Both the position numbers and the translations under genes were made by a program. Source: Octopus sinensis (Eukaryota). Taken from it: a stretch of 59,409 bases of DNA. A model generated the notes under the pieces. That model was not told the DNA's origin, searched no databases, and saw nothing but the letters and a program-made list of their open reading frames with translations. The DNA lies in NCBI RefSeq assembly GCF_006345805.1, contig NW_021832975.1, positions 1-59,409 of the forward strand, in the 5' to 3' direction. This document shows, one piece after another, positions 37,578-51,266 of the stretch (within the stretch, counting starts at the first letter, position 1; each line of letters starts with the position of its first letter).

Positions 37578-38773
37578 ATGGCAAAGGCAAAGAATTTCAC
37601 TGTGTGGGAATTAACACCTCCCAAAAAATATTTGCACGAACTCGAGGAAAAGACCGTGGTGTTGAGGACATATTCAAAGTCACTCGACACCATAATGTTT
37701 TTCCGAGGACCACCATTGTGAACGAGCTGGCAGACTATATGCCAGCCGTTAAACATATTCAACGGGGAGTCAAATACGCAACGGTATGGTTGCTATTTGA
37801 CTCCGCTGAAGCAGCTTGCAAATTTGCAAGCCAGCCCATTGAGGGCGATGAGATTCTGTTTCTCCCCAGTTACAAGGGGGAAAAATTGTTACGTTTATGG
37901 GTCTGTGGCCTGCCACCCAGCTTTGAGCCCGAGTGGGTGGAAGATTCCATCCGCCGGGGTCTGAGCGGTGGTAGCGCCAAGATCCTGAAGGTGAAAATGC
38001 AGCCTGCGGCTAACTGGGAAGGAGGAAAGGCTACTTTGACTCTGTGGACCCAGTCGGCCAAGGAGTGGTTTGCCGGACTTCCTGAAGATGGCCGGGTCCA
38101 AGTATCCGGTGATGCTAGAGGGACGCGCCCCCAAGTGTCACCTGTGTTCGGAGACCGGCCACATTAAGAGAAATGCCCCAGGGACCAAAGTAGGATCCTG
38201 GAGAAGTTGATATCGGAGCCTCTCCCTGCCCCACCAATAGAGGGAGAGAAACAGAACGAGGAAGCGGAGACTTCCTTAACGAGAAAACGAAAAGTGGGGA
38301 ACAATGGTGACCCACTAAAAGACCAGGAAGCTACGGGAGACAGAGTGGATCCGGCGTGTGCAACACCGGAACCTCAACCTCCCGTGGCCCACGGTAAAAA
38401 GAAAAAAAGAAAGAAGAGAAACGGAACGCCGCCAGCGGATTGTAACACGCAGACGGCGTCTCCAATGTCTCCTCCGCCGTTTGTGATTGTGTGGCCGGAG
38501 AAATATTATGTAGTCCTCTTCTACAAAGGAGGAACAATAGAAGATGAAATAGGTAAAATGAGGAAGAGAAACCAATGGGAGGGACTCCGGTCCTGCATGG
38601 AGTGTCCCGAGTGGCCTTCGCAGCTGGCTGCGGAGGTCCTACTCCATGACGATCGGTGCAGGTTCGTGAAATCTTTCCCAGAGGACTCCTATCAAATTAT
38701 ACCTGTATGCGGGGGCCTGACGACGAACGATTGCGTCAATAAAGCAAGAGCGTTCATCGGTCGGGTAACGTGA
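37578..38773 (+). pseudogene. L1/Tx1-type ORF1 (gag-like, RRM-like region plus CCHC knuckle), three frameshifts
   Basis: ATG 37578 MAKAKNFTVW..SLDTIMFF; shift near 37700 to PRTTIVNEL..LRLWVCGLPP..WTQSAKE; shift near 38066 to GLPDFLKMAGSKYPVMLEGRAPKCHLCSETGHIKR; shift near 38172 to (K)CPRDQSRILEKLISEP..FIGRVT*. Confidence 0.8.
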
Positions 38774-39704
38774 ACCTGTATTTGTGTTATATTGTGATGG
38801 AGGTTTATTGCCTCTGGAAAAACTTTTGAAATTGTGATTTGTAAAATTTGGAATTTTTGTGAAATTATTGTATTTTTGTGAAATTTTGAAAATTTTGTAA
38901 AATTATTGAAAAAAGAACATTGTTTTAGAGAAGCGGGGGTCGGCGGGCGCTTTCGTCTTCTCCCATCACCATCTTCATTCCATCACCATCATTCATTAAT
39001 GTCTATGTCCAGCCCGTAGCTACTATCTGTGTACTGCCCTTGTGGCAAATTAAATGAAATAAAGTAGCTTGCTAACCAACCACATGGTTCCGGGTTCAGT
39101 CCCACTGCGTGGCACCTTGGGCAAGTGTCTTCTATCATAGCCTTGGGCTAACCAAAGCCTTGTGAGTGGATTTGGTAGATGAAACTGAAAGAAGCCCGTC
39201 GTATATATGTATATATATGTATGTGTGGTTTGTGTGTCTGTGTTTGTCCCCCTAGCATTGCTTGACAACCGATGCTGGTGTGTTTATGTTCCCGTTTCTT
39301 AGCGGTTCGGCAAAAGACACCGATGGAATAAGTACTGGGCTTATAAAAGAATAAGTCCCGGGGTCGAGTTGCTCGAGTAAAGGCAGTGCTCCAGCATGGC
39401 CGCAGTCAAATGACTGAAACAAGTAAAAGAGTAAAAGAGTATATACATATATACATACATTAACTATTAACACTGTCGTGCAGATAAGCACGAATTGCTC
39501 TGAGACGTTATTCCTATTAATGCGCAACATGCAATCAGTTAACTATGTGATAACATGGTTAACGCAATGAGCTTTATAATAAGCTAACTAGGCATAACTG
39601 TGTAATTGCGATGTTCACTTCGCAACTGCATTCATCCAGGTTATCTATCTATCTATCTAAAAGATGGGTGAATGTAGCAAGGTTGGCACGTATGAATGAC
39701 GAAT

Positions 39705-40059
39705 CCACCTTGAGCATAATCCTATGAACCCGAAACAATTTAAAACAGAGTTACTTACTTGCAAATAAATGTGTTAACATGTGACATTATTGACTGTGGT
39801 TAACCTGGTCTTTTCCGTAGGCTTTTCTTTCCACGGATAAACCTTATCTGCTTCCCCTTTTACATTTTACATCACGACATTTCTGTGAAACACAATCCCT
39901 ATTGAGCGTTTTTTTCTCTCTTTTTATGATCCCTTTTGATCGAAAACCTACCCCCTTTTTTTTTTTTGTTTCTTTTCTTTTTTTTCTCCCCAAAAAGAAA
40001 AGCTCTACTTTGTAATTTGTCCCCTCTGTGTTCAGCCCTGTGTGGCTAATAAAGAAACA
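39705..40059 (+). mobile_element. ~350-bp LINE-like 3' UTR fragment
   Basis: Colinear with 28192-28520. Confidence 0.7.
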
Positions 40060-40096
<37 letters not shown>

Positions 40097-40363
40097 GACT
40101 GACTGACTGACTGACTGACTGACTGACTGACTGACTGACTGACTGTGTATATATATATATATACACACACATACACAAGATATACAGGTGTCGTACAAAA
40201 TCATCTTATATAACTATTTTTTTCCATTGGTAATATGACAAATTCCGAGCCGTTCTAATCTCTCTCTCTCTCTCTATATATATATGTGTGTTCATATGCA
40301 TATACTTCCGTACCTCTCTGTGCTTCTTTTTATTGACATTTCATATTTAAATAAGTTTAAACG

Positions 40364-41950
40364 CGCGACTTATCTTATTTCGAAAGAGGACAAATTGTTT
40401 GAGCATGAATGGTTGGAGCTTCAGTCCCTAAAACGGCTGAATTGTTAAATATTTCGAGAAGTACTGTTTCTAAAATGATGTCGGTATTCCAAAATCGAGG
40501 TAAAACTAGCTGTGGCAAGCATAATTCTAAACGGATGGCAAAGGTTACTTAGAGGGTTTGCAGAATAGTGAAACGCCTTGCGTCTAAAAGCAATCGAACA
40601 ACGGATGCAGAAATGCCAGCAGAGCTAAGCCACCACGGTACCAACCCCGTGGCAATGAAAACTGTATAACGAAGATGGTGAATAAGAGAAATGTGGAAAC
40701 GATATACGATATACGACGTATATACGACTAGCAGCATAGCCCAGCGTTGCCCGGGTATGTAAGAACCCCTAGTAGGCAACGACTTGCGGCAGCAGCTGCG
40801 ATTAGCAGAAGTATGCTAAGGTTATGTTGTCTGGTCATGTTTCCTCTCGTTGACTGCTTGAAGTGGCGGAATTTATAAATTTTTTTCAGAACTGAGGGAA
40901 CCTTTCAAAATTTTCGCTGCGTTAGTTTTGAATTATGACATTGGGCTATGTGTGTGTCAAGTTTAATCAGAATCGGTTGAAAGCCGTGGTCAGGGTGAGG
41001 GTACAACCTGACAGACACACAGACAGACAACCTGCCTTTTATATATAGAGAAGATATACGACATGAGATGAAAATGAACTGGTAAGCGGCGATTTATTCT
41101 CCGTTATAAAATACAATGATTGCCATACAGGAATTAAATTAACAGGTTACAACAAAGAAGTTAGGCTGGACCGTTGATCTTGTTGATATAGCTGACGTGC
41201 TGTTTCGTGGTGTGTAGAAGTAGCCATTGGTCTGTTGGTCATGTGATGTTCATACACCAACGATTGTATGCAGGTGTCTGAAGATGAAAGAGGAGGCTGG
41301 CTGGTGTCAGATACATCGTTGTCAGAGATGAGTTGCGTGTGGTCAGTGGTGTGTGCCAGACATAGAGCAGTCGAGAACTGTCGTTCTTATAGAGACCAGC
41401 AGGATCCCCAGAGCTGGTGATTAATTTCCCGCGTAAGGAAAAACAAACTGTCGCACCAACACTAGTGGACAGCTGAAAACCGACCAATACAAAACAGCAA
41501 ATTCGGCTAATCACAAGGTCATGTGATCTGCTGGAAAGAAAAGGCTTGTGGAGCCGATATCTAGGTATTTAAGCCTAAACAACCGTAACGAAAACATTTC
41601 ACACATAATGACAGTGTAAATCACTTGTGATACAACTGTTAGTCATGAGTTCCATAAAACTAGATCCCAGGGGCGGATTGTGATTGTTGAACCTCTCCTG
41701 TCCCCCCATCAGCACTGACGACTGAAAAAACAGGTGTCTAGACGGTCAGAAGTGGTCAATGGCTCAGTGGATCAATGTCGTCTCTAACGAATCAGCATTA
41801 ATCTTTTTCTTACTTCGGAGCGAATTTATGTCTGGAGACAGCCCAAAGGAATTTTACCCACCATGAAGCATGGTAACGGACCTGTGATAACTCGGGCTGC
41901 CATATCACAGAATCCTCTTGTTCCTTCAGTTGTTTTAATCGGAAGAGTTA
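40364..41950 (+). pseudogene. Degraded Tc1-like transposase, interrupted by insertions
   Basis: 40364-40690: RDLSYFERGQIV*A*MVGASVPKTAELLNISRSTVSK..NRTTDAEMPAEL (paired-type HTH); 41735-41950: KWSMAQWINVVSNES..RIYVWRQP..PTMKHGNG..AAIS (DDE region). Confidence 0.85.
40727..41051 (+). mobile_element. Helentron-type non-autonomous (HINE-like) element inside the Tc1 remnant
   Basis: ACTAG start, short GCCCAGCGTTGCCCGGG hairpin-like motif, (GACA)n near the end, TTTTATATATAGAG terminus. Confidence 0.6.
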
Positions 41951-42806
41951 ATACCAAGCTGTTTTAAATCTCTGAGAGAGATGTATAGAGTAACAGTACC
42001 GAATAGTAAAGTTTATATGCCAATAGAATATGGCAGTCCTATAAAGGAAGATGTTTTCCGGGAAGAAAGGATGTTTTCCTGGGGCTAAAACAACTGTAAC
42101 ATCGTCCTTTATAGGACTACTACATTCTGTCGACATATAAACATTAGTATTAATACCAAGCATTATCTGTGTATTTTGTTTGCTTATGTCCGTCAAATGG
42201 TATAACCATTGCTACCTGATGATAGCGCAACGTACCAGAACAATAACCCCAACTCAAACGGTGGTGTTTTTTTTTATATTCAAATTTACTTACGGTTAAT
42301 ACTGAAAGATTTTGCCGTGCTGAAAGAGTGCAAGAAGTATACATTGGTTTTCTCAAGGATGATATGAATTTATTTGGATAATTTCTACTTCCATTCTTTA
42401 AGGACTCTTGATAGAAATATCTGAAACGAGTAACTGAAAGAAAATTTTCACATTAGACAACATAAACTTGGTATCAAAAACCAACACATAGGCAACGTAG
42501 CCCATTGGCTATACTAGCCACTGCCATCAACTCACGTGCAACGCAACATTTGACCACAGTTTTGCTCGCAGCACGTGATCATTACACTAATACGACCCAA
42601 TGCAACGCAAGTCACAACGCTACTTCCACCACACTTCAGCAAAACATGATCTACCCACCTATTACATATCTAGAACTGAGATGAACACAGATGCATTCTT
42701 ATGCTCTGTCCACTCTTTGAAAAGGAGTATTTTGTCCGAAATATCAAGTTATTAAATGTTATCAAAGTAAATATATTTCCTCAGTTGCATAACTGTGGTT
42801 CTACGT

Positions 42807-42892
<86 letters not shown>

Positions 42893-43017
42893 CACATTTA
42901 TATACATACAGTTATATACAAATATAAATACAAAAATATAGAATCAATAGGTGTGCGTGTATGCGCGTGTGTGAATGTATGTATATATTTATGTGTAAAT
43001 GAGTATATATATTAACG

Positions 43018-43052
<35 letters not shown>

Positions 43053-43358
43053 GTGCGTGCACAAATACACACACATACATAAATATATACGCGCACATAT
43101 ACATATATACATGTATAATTCATGACGGCACCACTCATGTTACTAACACCCATACATAAACCCGACCCACATTCTCACAGACGTAAACATACACACATAT
43201 ACACGCACACGATCTTACACTTACACACACTTACGCAAACTCGCACATCCTAACGCATATATCTATATTACATATTGCAACAAAGCGAGGTATGCCAACA
43301 TGTTTATCTTTAACAATGTGCTTATCATACACACACACACACGCACACACACACACAC

Positions 43359-43396
<38 letters not shown>

Positions 43397-43744
43397 ACGT
43401 ATGTAAGCATACATATACGCACACACTTCTATACAAACAATTTATATATCATTCATATTTTTTCTGTCGATAAAACGTTATTATTGACTAAATTCGCTGT
43501 CTTTTTATTCTGTTTGCATAGCTGAACGCATCATTGCTGTTATTGTTATTATCAATCTTACTCTTTTTATTGTTGATCCTACTGTTATTGGTTAAATCAA
43601 TGTTATTGGTATTGTTGTTGCTGTCGTTGTTAATGTCATTGTTGATTCATATTGATGTTGTGTTTCTTGTTGTTATCGTAATGTCTTTTTGTTCTTCTTT
43701 TCTATGTGGTACGATATAGTTTCCGAAACTTATCGAAAATCAAC

Positions 43745-43831
<87 letters not shown>

Positions 43832-43899
43832 AGTCTGTCTGTCCGCCCACCCATCCGTCCATCCGTCTGTCTGTCTGTCTGTCTGTCTGTCCAATCGAG

Positions 43900-43934
<35 letters not shown>

Positions 43935-44027
43935 ATCCAAACAAGAAAGCACAAAAAACACAACAACGCGAGGACGTGGAACAAATATAGTATTATTGAA
44001 CGCTCAGGAAAGAAGGAAAGAAGGAGT

Positions 44028-44062
44028 GTTTAACGTTTCGAGCGGAGCTCTTCGTCGGAAAC
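44028..44062 (-). ncRNA. Minimal type I hammerhead ribozyme (U4C core, extra A) in a (TA)n-anchored PLE-like end (43930-44100)
   Basis: GUUU-CCGACGA-A-GAGC(UCC)GCUC-GAAA-CG-UU-AAAC; palindromic AACGUU helix III. Confidence 0.65.
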
Positions 44063-44569
44063 ATAGGAGATGGAAAGATCCAGAGATGGGAAGACAGAGG
44101 AAAAAAAATTCTTTTATACATTTCAGGCCTTTGGCTGTGGCTATGCTTGGGCACCACCAAATATATTTATTTATTTATATATGCATATGTGGTGTGTGTG
44201 TGTGTGTGTTAGTCTAATTTGTGTCATAAAAAGTGACGCCAACTTTATTGAATAAGGAGAACGGCGCATCCGTTCACAGTGACGAGTAAAACAATATATA
44301 TTTTCTTAACTTAAAGACTTCACATTTCGTGTTACTTTCGTTTAGCCCTTTGGTAAAATATTAGGAATACTTGGTTATATGATGGGGCTTTCTTTACCAC
44401 AAATATGTTGGGTCTCAACTGTATGTAAATATAACCTCGTGTGCCGTTGAATATAACTGCTTTTGTAATATTTTTATTTCTGCACTGATAATACTACACT
44501 TGTAAAACTACAACAGTATCATTTATAAATTATGCAGTTTTTGTTATTATTATTATTATTATCATTATT

Positions 44570-44620
<51 letters not shown>

Positions 44621-44969
44621 GTTATTATTATTATTATCATCACACTGGGCAACATGCTTAGCGGCATTTCGTCCGTCCTTACGCTCTGAATTAAAGGTCG
44701 AATTCACCTCTCATCCATGCGGTGAGGTGGGTCAATAAAAGAAGTAGCAGTTGACCATTGGGTCGATGTAATCGATTACTAACCCCCTCCTATTCCTGAA
44801 ATTGCTGACTGTGTGCCAAAATTTGAAATTATTAACATTATGTTAACGATTCTGCTAGTTCGCCGCCTTAGTAATGATAATAATAATAATGATAATGATA
44901 ATAATGGAAATAATAATCATAATAATGATAATGATAATGATAATAATAATAGTGAAAATGATACTGATG

Positions 44970-45000
<31 letters not shown>

Positions 45001-45278
45001 AAATAGTAATAATGATGATGATGATGAGGATAATGATAATAGTAATAATGATGATAATAATAATAATAATAATTATTGTTATAATAATAATAATAATAAT
45101 AAATATAATAATAATAATTATAATGATGATGATGATGATGACGATGATAATAATAATAATCGTTTCTACTAAAGGTAGAATAGTTATCACGTCTTGTGCC
45201 AAAATCTATTATTATTATTATTATTGCTATTATTATTATTATTATTATATTATTATTATTATTATTATTATTATTGAT

Positions 45279-45474
45279 TGAGAGAGCAGTGTATACCATC
45301 AAAGTGACACTAGGGTAAAATATACGAAGCCCAGTATACCCATCATGACTATTCGTTTGATAAAGATACACCAGGCACATGCATCACAACCATACGTGCG
45401 CAACACGGTGATCTCATGATAACACTTCCAATCAGTTAAGATCAGAAGCCATGAGAGACACTGCCTGGTACTGC
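45279..45474 (-). mobile_element. Internally deleted copy of the ~560-bp (AAT)n element
   Basis: 3' and 5' ends joined at about 45418 (GATCTCAT|GATAACAC); preceded by (TTA)n. Confidence 0.85.
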
Positions 45475-46267
45475 GGTGCATACGTACGTATTCAGAATTA
45501 TATGAAATTTTAAAGAACGTAAATGTATTTGCAATGTGTATGCAGATATGTATGTACGTATATAATTGTATATTTTTGCATTTAAGCGTAATGTTTATTG
45601 GAACGAACATTAAAAAAAAAGATTTTACCAAAGCCTTATAAGGCTTTTTGTTTGTCTATCACCAACATTAGGATTAACGAAAATCCTTTTAAGAATATAT
45701 TCTCTCACTATGTTTGCATTCAGTCACTCAAAGATTCCTTACTGATTCCCCATTGAAATGTATCTGGTGATTAAAAGATAATAATATTGACGGTTTTTAG
45801 ATGGCTTGAAGCCACTAGCTTTACTGGTTAGATGTTGTGCTCTTATCGTTAGGATACGTTTCGATTCTCAGACAAAGTAGCACTTTGTATCTTTCTGAAA
45901 AAGCACTTCATTTCGCTTTACTCCACCCCATTCAGTTGAAGACGAGTTCAGAAGCAGTTGTTGGTTAATACTTCGATATATTGGCGACCCATCGAGGCGT
46001 TTACTGTCGTTCTCACAGTTAATTCGGTTAACCTCCTTCCGAGTGACTCAGCGACCCGGAAGCAGATTTTAAGGTCGTTCGAGTCAATATGAAATAAGGG
46101 CCACTCGACCTTCTATGGAAGGATAATCTCTGTCGTTTGGAGAATATAAAAAGCCTTTTTAATTTTGAACAAATTATCGGGATTTTTTCTGTAGTTTCAG
46201 CTCAGAGCTGCGGCCATGCCAATAACATTACAATTGCTGCTTATTGTAAAAAAGAATTTTCAACAAA

Positions 46268-46436
46268 TAGGCGTAGGAGTGGCTGTGTGGTAAGTAGCTT
46301 GCTTACCAACCACATGGTTCCGGGTTCAGTCCCACTGCGTGGCACCTTGGATAAGTGTCTTCTACTATAGCCTCAGGCCGACCAAAGCCTTGTGAGTGGA
46401 TTTGGTAGACGGAAACTGAAAGAAACCCGTCGTATG

Positions 46437-46471
<35 letters not shown>

Positions 46472-46597
46472 AAAACTTACTTGGAGAAATAAGAAAGTGA
46501 CGCGAGGCGTCCAATCATATAATAACAATTTAACAAATAAAACATATGCATACATACCTACATATATGTACATACCTACATCTATATGTAATATACA

Positions 46598-46655
<58 letters not shown>

Positions 46656-47215
46656 TACAGGACACCACAAATAAACGTAGAACACAACGAGAAACGAAAA
46701 CATAAAATCAAACCAGGAAACGGCCTTTTTTTTTACAACGAAAAAACAGAGTACAAGACAAACAATACAAGGAATATTCCCCTTCATCAGCTGCCCCTGG
46801 TTCGACTCAATGCGTGTTTCGAAGGTAAGGGCAGAACACGATCCGACCGAAGCAGTCCTTCCTGCAAAATGAATTAAATAAAATTATTTTGCAGAGAGGT
46901 AAAAAAAAAAGACAAGAACAGGACGTAAAAGCAATACAAATAAATAAAAATACAGTACACATAAAGAATAAAAACAGGACAAGGAAACCAACAATAAGGG
47001 CTTTTTTAAGCCTAGACGGTGGAAAAATTCGTTGGAACGCAGTTCAGAAGATCGACTTGCTGGAGACAAGAAGAAAGTCGATGTTGACTTGTTGAAAGAG
47101 ACCGATAGAATAAGTACTAGGCTACAAAGAATAAGTCCTGGGGTCGATTTGTTCGACTAAAGGCGGTGCTCCAGCATGGCCACAGTCAAATGACTGTAAC
47201 AAGTAAAAGAGTAAA
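46268..47215 (+). mobile_element. SINE-A split by insertions in its central (TA)n (halves 46268-46440 and 47098-47215)
   Basis: Family 5' half and 3' tail separated by about 650 bp of unrelated sequence. Confidence 0.75.
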
Positions 47216-47628
47216 TTGCTTGCTAAAATATTTCATCCATTGCATCTTATCGAATCGCTTCCCTTTCTCATATATATATATTTTTAGATAAAGTACTAAA
47301 AACATGAAAAGCATCAGGTATTTTCGCTGTTAAACATGAAAATATTTTGCTCTGTGGAGAATATTGTTTAGACAAATGTGTGATTCGTTTTCTAGTATAT
47401 TTTAAGGCAATTTCAATGTACTTCTGAATCTTCATATTTAGATGTGTTTTGGAATACTTTTTCGTTACTCACTGACGCGCTGCACCTCCACTTCAATCGA
47501 TTGTATGAACCAAAAGGTAAACCTTGGTGTTAGGATACAAGGAACTTCCATTTCTCAGAAAGCATACACACTCTGCGTTATGCATCCAATAGTATCTTCG
47601 ACATTTTGCAAATACAAACGCTCATCTG

Positions 47629-47687
<59 letters not shown>

Positions 47688-49003
47688 TATATATATTATA
47701 TGTATATTCACACACACATATATATATAAATATACACACATCTGTGTGTGTGTATGTTTCTGTGTTTAGTAAAGGAACAACTTAATACAGGCATTTACGC
47801 ACACTCAGGCACACATATACACACGTACATGTGTTGAGGCGGGTACAATTATTTGTACATAAATCTGTATATATATGTGTATATTTATCTGTGTGTATAC
47901 ATATATATTTGTATTTATATGTGTGTGGGTATGTGTGTGTATGCTCACGCGCACATACACACACCCATGCACGCGCGCGCTCACACACACAACCTTAACA
48001 GAAAGTGTATGCGCACGAGCGCATACGAGTGTGTTTATATTTTATTGATTCTTCGACATTTTCTCAGATAAGAAATAAGAATACGGTTGTTTGTGTTGTT
48101 TCCATTATTGCCGTTCAGATAAGCATAATTAACTCCCTTGTCGGTGGAAAACTGTCAAACACAGAAGAAAAATTATTGAAGCCGCGTGTTTTATTTTGCC
48201 AGTTTTAACTCTGATGATGATATTTAATTGTTTTGCTGTCTTTTTTTTTGTTTTTGTTTGTTTTTAAATTTGTATGTTTACTACGGGAAAATAGAGACAC
48301 TCGTGTATCAAACCGGAGAAAAGACGTCTTATGATGTATAACCGTCAGTTATTTCAAGAGACAAATATAAGAAGAGAAGAAAAAAAAAAATGGATCAAAA
48401 CGAAGCAGCATAGCAAATGATGATACCACCATTTCCACCAAAAAGTATTTAAAGAAGACAAAAAAAATAAATAAAAATAAATAAAGACAAATAAATAAGA
48501 TATATAAATACATAACAATAAACGTGTAGAAATCTCGGAGGATGGAGAGAATGACAATATCCTACACACAAACAAACAAACTAATAAACACAATAAATAA
48601 ATAAATAAATAAATAAATAAAGATATAAATGTTTTTTTAGAACACTGCGCCAGAAGATATATTCTTTTGTGTTTTTGCTTTGGTTGTATTTGAATCAAAC
48701 GGATTTAAGATGAGGACAATAAAAACTCTTTTTATTATAGGTACAAGGCCTGAGATTTTTAGGAGGAGGGTCCTACTCAATTATATCGATCCCGTTGCTC
48801 AGCTGCTACTTATTTTATCGACCCCGAAAGAATGAAAGGCAAAGTCGACTTCCGTAGAATTTGCACTCAGTACGTAAAGAGCCGGATGAAATATCACTAA
48901 GTAATTTAACCGGCGTGCTAACGTATCTGCCAAAACGCTGCCTTAATAATAATAATAGTAATAATAATAATAGTAATAATAATAATAATAATAATAATAG
49001 TAT

Positions 49004-49050
<47 letters not shown>

Positions 49051-49052
<2 letters not shown>

Positions 49053-49607
49053 TGCCCTGATGCAGTACCAGGCAGTGGCTCTCGTGGCTTCTGATCTTAA
49101 CTGATTGGAAGTGTTATCATGTACATTGTTTTGTCTTGGTATAAAAGATGGGCTACAGCAGATATTCTGCTCAATACCACAGATTTGCTTGTCAGTTGTT
49201 TGACCTTAACCAGTTGACCATGTCCCTTAGTGGTTGACGATATGTGCATCTCTGTTCACGAGCAGAAGTAGTGGGGGAGCATCATAGCCGTGTGTTGAGA
49301 GTGATTCTTTGAGGTTTGAATAATTCATCTCTGGAAACATGGAAGTTTCGTTCAACATCCTTAAACAACCTTTATTCAGGGACCTTTTGAGCGGGATGGG
49401 TTACTTGACCAGAAGAAAATTCTACCTGGGCCTCACCTGCAAGCTCATGCGCTGTTAACCTTGGTATGAGAACACTATATCGCTCAAATATGGTTGTGAT
49501 GCATGTGCCTGGTGTACCCTTATCAGATGGGTAGTCATCATGGGTATACTGGGCTTCGTATATTTTACCCTAGTGTCATTTTGATGGCATGCACTGCTCT
49601 CTCACTC
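49051..49607 (+). mobile_element. ~560-bp (AAT)n element, full copy
   Basis: Colinear with 10300-10858; (AAT)n on both sides. Confidence 0.9.
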
Positions 49608-49651
<44 letters not shown>

Positions 49652-51070
49652 TTTCAAATTTTGGTACAAAAGCAGCAACTTCGGAGGAGGGAGTAAGTCG
49701 TATACCTCGTTCTTAGTGAACAACTGGTACTTACTTCATAGACCCAGAAAGGTTGAAAGGCAAAGTTGACCGCGGTGGAATTCGAACTCAAAATGTAAAG
49801 ATGGACGATATGCCGCTAAGCAATTTAATCGGCATGCTAACCATTCTGTCAGCTCACCGTCTCAGAAATGATGATAATAATACTACCACCAACAACAACA
49901 ACAAGAAGCTCTAATGCACGAAAATCTTTTTTCCTGACTATGTGCTGCTGAAATTAGAGAGCATCTGATATAACCATGCGTATTTTATGTCATCAAACAC
50001 GATATTTATCTGGAAAAACAGAAATTTATTTAACCTGAGTCGGCCAAATATCAACGACCAGATAACTAACTATGCGGTAATCGCATTTTAAATCTTTTAG
50101 ACAGATGTTACAACATCCTTTTTAATAGCTAAGGGTAGACATAATCTCTGTTTATAGTTTATATTCGTTGATAATGTGACAGGGGAGGGAGTTTGTTGGT
50201 GTATTTCACGCTTCAGTTTGTAACCTCTGGTCACTTGCAAAAGCCTCTGTTCGCTACTTATTTAGATGACAGGAGTTCATTTCAAATGATTTCTTTAAAT
50301 AACCAACGGATAAATATTTCATTTCAAGCATCGTTAAATATATCGCAACACACACACACAGACACACACACACACACACACACAGACACACACATACACA
50401 GACACACACACACACAACCAGTCGATGCCATCCATATTCGAATTGAGGTTTATGCCTAGATAGATCCCATTGTTTGAAAACATCTAAAAGCGGAACTATA
50501 AGCTGGTTTGGAGCCCCAAGCTAACAAGCAGTGCGACTTGAGCTAAGTTTGCTTTTAACCCACCCCTCTTTATCATTTCACATAATTATAGTTAAATGAG
50601 AAGTAGCCAGTTCATTATTACAAGTCGTCAACTTGCATTACGATTTCACAATGCTTCAGTACGCCAAATTAGCTTCCCCTTATACTTTCTCAATCATATG
50701 CACGGAAAAAAAAAATTATCTCATGCATAGTAATTGGCGCACGGCTAGGGCTTCCGAACTGGGTATGGAACATTGTCGTTGTGGCGGCGGCGTACGTATG
50801 CATTGATTTAACTCACTGAGGCATGAAGTCCAATGAATATCATGTGTCCTACATGTGCACATGCAGTGTTACGCACACGTACATACATACTCCGTTACAG
50901 AAACACACATACGCACACACATGTATGTATATATATATATATATTTATTCTACATACATATGTTTATCTATATGTATATATACACACATGTATGTATGTA
51001 TATATATATGTACATACATCTGCTTATGCATGTGAATATATGTAAATATATATGTGTATATATATGTGTA

Positions 51071-51108
<38 letters not shown>

Positions 51109-51266
51109 TCATATACATAATGTATATATGTATATGTGTATCTATGTATACACACACATATACGCACATAAACACAAAACATTTATATATACATGTATGC
51201 TTCCAAACACATGCATATAATATTCAATACACCCAGTTACACACGTATATATATGTATATATATCA

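Larger units (their letters stand above)
36815..39061 (+). mobile_element. ORF1-only (non-autonomous) L1/Tx1-like non-LTR element
   Basis: TSD-flanked; tandem 5' repeats, ORF1-like coding region, no endonuclease or RT ORF, A-rich 3' end. Confidence 0.75.
36779..39440 (+). mobile_element. Host SINE-A split by the 2.25-kb insertion (halves 36779-36814 and 39062-39440)
   Basis: 17-bp TSD AAGTAGCT(C/T)GCTAACCA at 36798-36814 and 39062-39078. Confidence 0.9.

Noticed and set aside
46770-46830. CTGATGA on the minus strand in a (TA)n-flanked PLE-looking segment
   Set aside because: No GAAA follows the helix II-like hairpin; the nearest GAAA is on the wrong side without a convincing type II fold.
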